Origin: an uncultured Pelagibacteraceae bacterium
Lineage (GTDB): Bacteria; Pseudomonadota; Alphaproteobacteria; Pelagibacterales; Pelagibacteraceae
Length of the DNA stretch: 64,000 nucleotides
Assembly (NCBI GenBank): GCA_902635975.1
Contig: CACPQC010000001.1
Span: 18,780-82,779, forward strand
Direction of reading: 5' to 3'
A model generated the notes under the pieces. It ran no database searches. It saw nothing but the letters and a program-made list of their open reading frames with translations, and was not told where the DNA came from. Below, piece by piece: positions 43,572 through 51,187 of the stretch (positions are counted from its first letter, which is position 1; each line of letters opens with the position of its first letter). The position numbers were made by a program, and so were the translations under genes.

Positions 43572-45728
43572 CTAAAATGTATTTACAATTTCTAGGGTTG
43601 CACCATATTCAGGTATTTGACTCATTAAGCTATAATTCGAACTCATTCTGATATCGAAACCATTTAAATCTCTCTCATAACTCAAAGATGCTTTATCATT
43701 ATCTAAAGTCATAGCATATTCGGTGTCATCTGTTCTTATATAACCAAATCCTAAATATAAAGTATCGCTATGAGAATTGTCACTTTGATTTCTTTCATAA
43801 ATAGTTATTACAGAAAAACCGTTCTCAGTTACTAAATCAAATCCAATATTTGCCCTTAAATTTTTTGAATCTTGACCGATAGATTTTGTATATTCTGTAG
43901 TTTCCGATAGGTAACGGTATGTTGCATCTGAAGACGGACTAAAATCTACTCCTAGCTCTAATCCACCATTTGGTTTAAAAGTAAAAGAATTAAAATTTAA
44001 AATGTCACTGATGGTAAAACCAGTAGATATCATTCCAGTTTCAATTGTTTGAGCTTTGTAAACTAAGGCTGCAGGACCTTTTTCTCTATATTTGGACAAT
44101 TCTGTATAGCTTAAATCAATTCTTAAATTAGGAGTAATATTAAAATCTTCTTTTTTATATGTTGTTAAGTAATTAAGTGAACCAAATATTTGTGCACCAT
44201 CTCTCTCTCCTGTTCTAGTGCTACCTCCCCCTTTTCTAACATGATCAGTCTTTAAAGTGCTCACTCCAAGAATACCTTCAGTAAATTTTTCATCATCATG
44301 AGGAAAAGTTCCATAAACAGATAAACTAAAAGACTCAGTATCTAAATTAGTTCCAGAGGTACCTACATCAACATCATCATTACCAAATCTAAGAGCATAA
44401 CCGTATAATCTATTTTTGCTTATCTTTTTATCCAAGCCAAGTGTAATACCTTTAGTATTAATTTTCTTTGATGATGAAGTAGATGTGTCACCTGTCTTAC
44501 CAAAACTCACACTACCTTCGCTCCAAAATGACCAGCTGTCAGATAACTTGTTTAAAGTATTATTTGATTTTTCCGATATTGGAATAACTTTTGCTAAAGA
44601 TGCTATTGTTTTATTTGGAAAGTTAAATTTAATGTTTTGATTACTTAATTGATCGCTTGTTCTATGTCTTCTTAACCAATACATACGGTTAAGAACTGGA
44701 GTACTTGCTTGAATAGCAATTTGTTTAGCAGTTGCAGTTTGGGACTCGATTGAGCTTAAAATATCTTTACCCTCATCAGTAGTAGTTATTGGATCATCAC
44801 AAGCACCATCAATTACGCTCCAATTACAAGTTAAATCAAATTCATAAACTTCTGCATCCTGATCAATTACAAACATTTTACTTCCATCAGAATTAAATGC
44901 TGTTTCTCTTGCGGCTCCTAAGCCGCTGTAGTTAGATAAATCAAGAGTCCCTTCAAGTGATAGAGTGGCGATACTAAAAGCTGTTGTTAATTTATATTGC
45001 TTAATTTTATTATCTGCATGGGAAGTTATATACATTTTAGTGCCGTCATAATTAAAAACAATTCCGTCTATATAATCTGGTTGAGGATCAGGTTGTACTT
45101 CTACAACATGAGTAACGCCTGATGTAATGACAAATGGGTTATCGAGTGTGTATTCATGAATTGATTGAGGGTTTTCAGCATTGTGGTTTCCAGTAACAAA
45201 CATTTTAGTTCCATCATTATTAAATGCAACTGAGGACGGTCTTTTTTGATTAGCGTTTGTACTATAACCTTGACCTGCATTATAAGTAGTACTTGCAGTA
45301 TCAATGTCATATGGTGTAGTCAACGTCCATTCAATAATAGTTTTATGATGATCAGCAATAAATATTTTTGTACCATCGTTATTGAATGCAACTTGCATAG
45401 CTCCATGAATATGAGTTGTTGAACCAGTATATGTACCTACATCTAAGCTGGTACGTAAGGTTGCAGTAGAAATATTGTAAGCTGTTGTTAAATCATACTC
45501 GTAAACCATATCATCTTTTGCTGTTGACTCTGGGGTCACTGCTTTCATAGATGATGTATACATTTTGGTTCCATCGTTATTAAAAGTTAATGCCATTGTA
45601 TGGTATCCAGTAGCTATAGTTACTTGTTCAACTGCTTTACTTCGCACAAGAGTTGGCTCCGCTATAGCTTTAGAAAAAAATATAGCTAAAAAAAATACAA
45701 TGTAATGAATTTTATAAATATTTTTCAC
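43572..45728 (-). CDS. Autotransporter-like outer-membrane protein with beta-propeller repeat passenger
   Basis: Signal peptide (AIA|E), five FNxDG[TS]K[MI][FY] repeats, C-terminal beta-barrel ending in Phe; GTG start. Confidence 0.8.
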   Translation of the reverse strand: MKNIYKIHYIVFFLAIFFSKAIAEPTLVRSKAVEQVTIATGYHTMALTFNNDGTKMYTSSMKAVTPESTAKDDMVYEYDLTTAYNISTATLRTSLDVGTYTGSTTHIHGAMQVAFNNDGTKIFIADHHKTIIEWTLTTPYDIDTASTTYNAGQGYSTNANQKRPSSVAFNNDGTKMFVTGNHNAENPQSIHEYTLDNPFVITSGVTHVVEVQPDPQPDYIDGIVFNYDGTKMYITSHADNKIKQYKLTTAFSIATLSLEGTLDLSNYSGLGAARETAFNSDGSKMFVIDQDAEVYEFDLTCNWSVIDGACDDPITTTDEGKDILSSIESQTATAKQIAIQASTPVLNRMYWLRRHRTSDQLSNQNIKFNFPNKTIASLAKVIPISEKSNNTLNKLSDSWSFWSEGSVSFGKTGDTSTSSSKKINTKGITLGLDKKISKNRLYGYALRFGNDDVDVGTSGTNLDTESFSLSVYGTFPHDDEKFTEGILGVSTLKTDHVRKGGGSTRTGERDGAQIFGSLNYLTTYKKEDFNITPNLRIDLSYTELSKYREKGPAALVYKAQTIETGMISTGFTISDILNFNSFTFKPNGGLELGVDFSPSSDATYRYLSETTEYTKSIGQDSKNLRANIGFDLVTENGFSVITIYERNQSDNSHSDTLYLGFGYIRTDDTEYAMTLDNDKASLSYERDLNGFDIRMSSNYSLMSQIPEYGATLEIVNTF

Positions 45729-45793
45729 AAAAATTAATCATCAATACCTCATAAAAATTAGAGAAATGAGTGTTAAAATTTAAAACATTACTG

Positions 45794-45887
45794 TTGAAAA
45801 GTCTAGATAGGACAAAATTCATGATGAATAAGTAAATTTTTTTTTATTTTATCCCTCTAGATCCGAGTTATCTTATAAAATTCTATA
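45794..45887. repeat. Intergenic repeat copy 2
   Basis: 45823-45853 matches copy 1 (one extra T); 45794-45831 matches copy 3 at 34/38 positions. Confidence 0.85.
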
Positions 45888-45937
45888 ATAATATGATATA
45901 AACTTTAGGTATTGCGCATGGCAACAGAACGTACCAT

Positions 45938-46531
45938 TTAATCCAGTTGAGACTCTACAAACTCCCAATTGATTAATTTTTCGTAAAAATTCTCTAAATA
46001 CTCAGGCCTTCTGTTTTTATAATCGACGTAATAAGAATGTTCCCACACGTCACAACCTAAAATAGGTTTCATATTTTGTATTAAAGTGTTTTCAGCGTTT
46101 GGAGTTTTACTAACTACTAACTTACCGTTGTTGATTGATAACCAACACCATCCAGAACCAAATTGAGTAATTCCTGCTTGAATAAACTGTTTTTTAAATT
46201 CATCTGTACTTCCAAAGTCTTTTTCAATTCTTTTTTTTAACTTTTCAGGCATTATACCTCCACCATTTGGCTTCATGCATTTCCAGAACATTATGTGGTT
46301 CCAATGTTGACTAGCATTATTAAAAATACCTGCTTTAGATTTATCTTCAGAAGAACTAATTATAATCTCCTCTAATGACATTTTAGACATATCAGTGTCT
46401 TTAATAAAATTATTTAAATTAGTTATATAAGTTTGGTGATGCTTACCATGATGAAGATCAAGAGTCTCCTCAGACATTATCGGAGCTAGTGCCGATTTTG
46501 AATAATCTAATTTTGGTAATTCAAATAACAT
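45938..46531 (-). CDS. sodB: Superoxide dismutase, Fe-type
   Basis: HHGKHH, FNNASQHWNH, TPNAEN, DVWEHSYY. Confidence 0.93.
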   Translation of the reverse strand: MLFELPKLDYSKSALAPIMSEETLDLHHGKHHQTYITNLNNFIKDTDMSKMSLEEIIISSSEDKSKAGIFNNASQHWNHIMFWKCMKPNGGGIMPEKLKKRIEKDFGSTDEFKKQFIQAGITQFGSGWCWLSINNGKLVVSKTPNAENTLIQNMKPILGCDVWEHSYYVDYKNRRPEYLENFYEKLINWEFVESQLD

Positions 46532-46582
46532 GCGAGAAGATATAATTCTTTATTACTTTTTTAAATGACTATTATGACGCTG

Positions 46583-46630
46583 ATATTTATAATTGAAATG
46601 TATAGGTAGGACAAAATTAATGATGAATAA
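46583..46630. repeat. Intergenic repeat copy 3
   Basis: ATATTTATAATTGAA followed by ATGTATAGGTAGGACAAAATTAATGATGAATAA. Confidence 0.8.
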
Positions 46631-46658
46631 ATATCTTAAATAATTATGATAATACTTA

Positions 46659-46868
46659 ATGAAAAAAAATATTGTTAAATCTCACTTAAAAAAAAAATTT
46701 CAGGCAAAACTTGCTTTATCAATCAGCCTATTTATTGTGCTTTTAACTTCAACTGGATACCTCTTTAATTCTAAAGAAATAATTTTTCTATTTTATATTT
46801 CTTGTTTTGTATTTTTCTATAATTTAGTAATCCAATTTTTATTAGAAAGGTTTGATATTAAATCATGA
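46659..46868 (+). CDS. Small hypothetical membrane protein (2 TM)
   Basis: 69 aa, basic N-terminus, two hydrophobic segments. Confidence 0.65.
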   Translation: MKKNIVKSHLKKKFQAKLALSISLFIVLLTSTGYLFNSKEIIFLFYISCFVFFYNLVIQFLLERFDIKS

Positions 46869-47002
46869 TCAAAACACTTATTAAATTAAAGATATTAAAA
46901 TTAATACTAATTGGTGGGGTATCAACAGCTTATGCTTTTAAAAAATACTGTGATCAAAAAAATGAAATGAAAAGTAAAAAAGATAAAAAACTTTTAAATT
47001 AA
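46865..47002 (+). CDS. Small hypothetical membrane-anchored protein, 45 aa (not in the ORF track)
   Basis: MIKTLIKLKILKLILIGGVSTAYAFKKYCDQKNEMKSKKDKKLLN; ATGA overlap with the upstream ORF. Confidence 0.55.
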   Translation: MIKTLIKLKILKLILIGGVSTAYAFKKYCDQKNEMKSKKDKKLLN

Positions 47003-47383
47003 AAGAAACACCAAACAAATCATTTGAACAAAATTAATTACTACTGAGATAAAGTGTGAATATTTAAATTTTTTATCCTGTCTTTCATCTCTATATTTAT
47101 TAATTAACGGCATTAATAAATAGTTTGATGTAGCGAATAAAATTGTGATTAATAAGATCAAATAAAAATCAACACCTAATTTACTTAAAAATAAAAATGT
47201 TAGTAGTACAACAAAACTAATCGCTAAATTAACATTATAATAAAAAGGAAATATTCTTCTAATAAACTTTCTAGCATTATCTTCATCTAGAGTAGTAAAT
47301 ACTACTGGAGCAATCACAAACGAGAAAAATAACATTATCCCTAGAATCATTGCTATTAAATAAATACTAACTTGTTCAATCAT
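46994..47383 (-). CDS. DUF4149/TMEM205-like membrane protein
   Basis: G.MLFFSFVIAPVVF..L...ARKFIRRIFP, P.IN..RD, F...H..SV.IN; 4 TM. Confidence 0.8.
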   Translation of the reverse strand: MIEQVSIYLIAMILGIMLFFSFVIAPVVFTTLDEDNARKFIRRIFPFYYNVNLAISFVVLLTFLFLSKLGVDFYLILLITILFATSNYLLMPLINKYRDERQDKKFKYSHFISVVINFVQMICLVFLLI

Positions 47384-47453
47384 AATTTAATTTTCAATTA
47401 AATTTTCTTCCTTCATTAATATTGATCTTCCATCATCAACAGTATTAAATCTT

Positions 47454-48434
47454 TTAATCTCTATCATAAACTTTTTCTCTCCAAATAGATCTTTTTTCTT
47501 CGAGATGGATATTCTCATCTTTTTTCTTTGTATGTCTAATATTCGTTTCAAATGATAAAGAGGAAGGAGGAAACTGGTAATTTTTATCTATAAAATTTAT
47601 TATTGACGAATAAGATGGATAAAAGTCTTTTTGTTCGTCAAAATTACTAAATTTCTTGTATTTTCTTGAAAATAAACCATTGCCATCATCATAAAATCTT
47701 TCTGTGGTTAAACCATATTTTTCATAAGGATAATAATTTAAATCATCTTTATTTATATGATTTACCCAACTGGCATAAGTCCAATATTCACCAAAAGAAC
47801 CATATATATTTGCAGCTTTTATTACTAACTCAATCCAATTTTGATCTGATTTGAAATGATCTTTAAATTTTAACTTAAGACTTTTTAAATACTTTTTTTT
47901 AAAAACCATATGATGTGAAGTAAATGTTCCTCTTATATCTTCGACAGGATTTATTTCTAACACATTGGTAATTAAATTTTTCCACGAATTTAAAACATCC
48001 TGGTTTCCATGTGATTTATCCTGTAGTAAAGCAAACTTTTCCTTTTTTTCATCAAATATAGGCCATGATCTTACTGGTAATAAATCTGAATCCCATACTA
48101 AAAAAACATCGTCTAATTCGTCTATAACATCACTAGCTCCTAATTTAATAATCTGTTGGTATAACCATCCAGGAGTATAATTAGGTTTATTTTGTGTTAT
48201 CCATGAAACAATATCAGTTTTTGTTAAACTGTATTTACTTAAAAAAAAATCATCCTCATCCAGCAATGTTAAATTTTCAATATCCCAAGAATTAGATTTG
48301 TCTTTTAAAATTTTTATCTCATGACTTGATGTTACGACATAAATTTGTTTTGGCTTATATTTTTGAGAAATTCCATCAAGAACTGCTCTTGTACTCCAAT
48401 TCACATGGTGAATCGGAATTACAAACTGGTACAT
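47454..48434 (-). CDS. DUF6492-like putative GT-A glycosyl/nucleotidyl-sugar transferase
   Basis: N-terminal FVIP, GWLYQQIIKL, FLVWDSD (DxD), FTSHHMVF, FGEYWTY. Confidence 0.6.
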   Translation of the reverse strand: MYQFVIPIHHVNWSTRAVLDGISQKYKPKQIYVVTSSHEIKILKDKSNSWDIENLTLLDEDDFFLSKYSLTKTDIVSWITQNKPNYTPGWLYQQIIKLGASDVIDELDDVFLVWDSDLLPVRSWPIFDEKKEKFALLQDKSHGNQDVLNSWKNLITNVLEINPVEDIRGTFTSHHMVFKKKYLKSLKLKFKDHFKSDQNWIELVIKAANIYGSFGEYWTYASWVNHINKDDLNYYPYEKYGLTTERFYDDGNGLFSRKYKKFSNFDEQKDFYPSYSSIINFIDKNYQFPPSSLSFETNIRHTKKKDENIHLEEKRSIWREKVYDRD

Positions 48435-48438
48435 TCTA

Positions 48439-50178
48439 TTAATTTAAATTTACTTCTTTTGTAATATTTTCATCTGCTTTAAAAACAGTAACTGGATCTT
48501 CAAGACCTGCATCTGAACAAAGAGGTTCAACTCCCAATCCTTTTCTAGGGTATTTTGAGACTATTATTTTATATTCTTGAATAATTTCTCTTAATTCAGA
48601 CTTGGTTAAATCATTAATATATTTACACTTTCCAATAGCAATTGGAACAGGAATAGCTAAGTTGCCTCCTCTTTTTTGAAGAATTTTATCAAAACCTTCA
48701 TTCATGCATTTCTCATCTAATAATATGTCATGCCATAAACTTAATTCGTATTCGCTAAATAACTTTAAAATTCTATGCAAATCTTTTTCACTTAACCAGC
48801 CTCTTTTGTAAGACATAAAAGAACTTAAAGTCATTTCAACACTTATGGCATGACCATGTAATAATCCCGCTTTAAGTTCAAAATTTGCACTTAATCCATG
48901 GCCAAATGCATGGTCTCTAATACTGTGAACTTCGTGTAAATTATCGTATTCACTCTCGACATAGCTCTTTAAAGACAGTCCGATAATTTTTTTCGATTTA
49001 GACACTATTTTATCTTGAGAATTACAATTAATTGTACCAAAGTGAGTTTTCATCAAATTAAGCCCAGTGTCCTCAAGTAAAGTAAACAATTCTTTATCTC
49101 TAATTGCTGCCATTTTATGAATTTCAGCAATCCCATGTCTAACCCAAGAAGTTTTCAAGCTTTTAAAAAATGATCGATCAGAAATATTAAGCACTGGAGC
49201 ATGAAAAGAGCCTAATAGATTTTTAAATCCACCAGCATCACAACATGATCTTGGACTTGGTCCACTATCAATTGCACTCACAACTGATGTTGACAACATT
49301 ATATAAGGAGTGCTTCGATGATAAATTGATGCAGCAAAAGCTCCTATATCTCCTATGACTCCACCACCAATTATTAAAATTGGTTCATTTCTATTTACAC
49401 CTAATTTTCTAAAATCCTCTACAATCTTCTCAACATTTTTAATATGCTTATCAACTTCCATAGCTCTATAAACCAATTTCTCTAATATAATAGAATGATG
49501 ATTAAAATAATTTTCAATATCTAATCCATAATTATCTTCAATATTTTGATCTATTAAACAAACACATCTTCCAAATGATTTGTAATTATCTCTTAAGAGG
49601 TGATTATCGACATTTAAGGTGTCCTCTTCCACTTTAATTGAAGTAAATGTATTTAAGTTCATTGTTGCTTCTATTTGTTGATAATCATTTGAGCTAACAA
49701 CATGTCCATTTGAATTTCTATAACTGGAAGTTGGATACAAAGCTAAGGGATTTTTCTGCTCATAATCTAAAATAAGCTGTTTATAAAAATCATGTTTGGA
49801 GCTATTAAGTAAATTTGAAATTAATTTTGCTCTTCCAAAATTTGTGTTACTAACTTTTACAGACAAAGATTTTAATTCACCAGATAATTGCTTACTAAAA
49901 GGTAATACTAGATAGGAAAGTTCAAGAATAAACTTTTCAGTAGTCAAGTTTAATGAAGTTTTTAGTATTCTTAAATGAGGTAATGACGAAATTGCGTTTA
50001 ATTCTAAAAATTCGTCAGATATTTTGAAGTCATAGGGATCTGCTTCAGCTAGACTTATTAATAAATCTTCAAAATAATTGTTATTTACAAAATATTCTAA
50101 TAAATTTTGATCTTCAGAAATGTTTATTTTGTTTAGGGTAAAATTTTTGGAAAAATATATAATTTTTTTTGAAATCAT
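48439..50178 (-). CDS. Sedoheptulose-7-phosphate cyclase, long-form DDGS (MysA)-like
   Basis: DHQS fold: IGGGVIGD, TSVVSAIDSG, AEIHK, NLHE..AFGH, LLHGHA, KRGGNL; GRCVCLIDQN start of core; ~170-aa N-terminal extension. Confidence 0.85.
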   Translation of the reverse strand: MISKKIIYFSKNFTLNKINISEDQNLLEYFVNNNYFEDLLISLAEADPYDFKISDEFLELNAISSLPHLRILKTSLNLTTEKFILELSYLVLPFSKQLSGELKSLSVKVSNTNFGRAKLISNLLNSSKHDFYKQLILDYEQKNPLALYPTSSYRNSNGHVVSSNDYQQIEATMNLNTFTSIKVEEDTLNVDNHLLRDNYKSFGRCVCLIDQNIEDNYGLDIENYFNHHSIILEKLVYRAMEVDKHIKNVEKIVEDFRKLGVNRNEPILIIGGGVIGDIGAFAASIYHRSTPYIMLSTSVVSAIDSGPSPRSCCDAGGFKNLLGSFHAPVLNISDRSFFKSLKTSWVRHGIAEIHKMAAIRDKELFTLLEDTGLNLMKTHFGTINCNSQDKIVSKSKKIIGLSLKSYVESEYDNLHEVHSIRDHAFGHGLSANFELKAGLLHGHAISVEMTLSSFMSYKRGWLSEKDLHRILKLFSEYELSLWHDILLDEKCMNEGFDKILQKRGGNLAIPVPIAIGKCKYINDLTKSELREIIQEYKIIVSKYPRKGLGVEPLCSDAGLEDPVTVFKADENITKEVNLN

Positions 50179-50372
50179 AGTTTTTATTAAAATATTTTTT
50201 TTTTAAGTCAAAACGCACTATGTCTCATAATATATTTTAAACATTAAATTCATCCTCAAGTAGAAATTTTTTTAAGATCAAAAACGTTAAATTATTAGTT
50301 CAGATTTAAAAATTTGAGCAAAATATGTAAATTTTAGAAGTGTTTATAAAAATATTTATTGTAATTTGAGTA

Positions 50373-51179
50373 ATGCAAAAAAAGTTTACATATATAGTGT
50401 TCACAGATCTAGATGGCTCACTTTTACATAGAGACACATTTAAATTTGATCCAATCAAGGATTTTATTAAAAGCCTTCTAAATGAAGGAATAATAATGGT
50501 TCCTAATTCAAGCAAAACTGAAAATGAAATAGAAAATTTTAAAAAAGAACTTGGTATCGCGGTACCATTTATCTCAGAGAATGGCTCAGCTATTCATGGA
50601 CTAAATCTAATAAATCCAAACTTTCCGAATAAAATAATTCTTAGTAGAGAAAAAGAGGAATTACTGAAAATCTTTAATTCAAAAGTTCCTGAGGGGCTAC
50701 TAAAAAAATGTATTCAGATTTTTAAACTTACTACTAAAGAGCAAGAAAAAATATTTGGACAAAAAGATGAAAAACTTAAAAATGTTTTAAAGAGAAAATA
50801 TACTTTACCTTTGTTATTCAGTGGAGATAAAGTTGAAAAAAATAAGCTGGTAAAAATTTTAAATTCAAATTCATTAACTTTGCAAGAGGGTGGTCGAGTA
50901 ATAAACTTATGTGATAATGTTAATAAAGTGAAATCGATGAATAGAGTGATAAAAATTTTGAAAAACGTTAAAAATGAGATTAAAACTATTGGAGTTGGTG
51001 ATAATTTTAATGATTTAGAAATGTTGAAAAATTGTGATATTCCATGCTTGGTATTTAATGATCAGTTTAAACTTGATCAAATTAATATCAAGAATCTTAT
51101 ATTTTCAAATAAGCCATCACCTGAAGGCTGGGCTGATGTGATTAAAAAAGCTCTAGATAAATTAAGTTATAATGTCTAA
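50373..51179 (+). CDS. gpgP: Glucosyl/mannosyl-3-phosphoglycerate phosphatase (HAD-IIB)
   Basis: FTDLDGSLL, SSKT, FISENG, GGR, GDNFND. Confidence 0.88.
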   Translation: MQKKFTYIVFTDLDGSLLHRDTFKFDPIKDFIKSLLNEGIIMVPNSSKTENEIENFKKELGIAVPFISENGSAIHGLNLINPNFPNKIILSREKEELLKIFNSKVPEGLLKKCIQIFKLTTKEQEKIFGQKDEKLKNVLKRKYTLPLLFSGDKVEKNKLVKILNSNSLTLQEGGRVINLCDNVNKVKSMNRVIKILKNVKNEIKTIGVGDNFNDLEMLKNCDIPCLVFNDQFKLDQINIKNLIFSNKPSPEGWADVIKKALDKLSYNV

Positions 51180-51187
51180 AATTTGAT

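Noticed and set aside
43461-46630. CRISPR array, integron attC sites or prophage att sites as the explanation for the repeats
   Set aside because: The spacers are whole genes, the copies are degenerate, there is no attC-like hairpin or GTTRRRY core, no cas/integrase gene lies in the window, and the repeats do not duplicate the tRNA-Leu 3' end.
48439-50178. Calling the cyclase aroB (3-dehydroquinate synthase)
   Set aside because: It lacks the AroB motifs (LNxGHTxGHA, GGKTxxN), is about 200 aa too long and has no aroK neighbour; its motifs fit DDGS.
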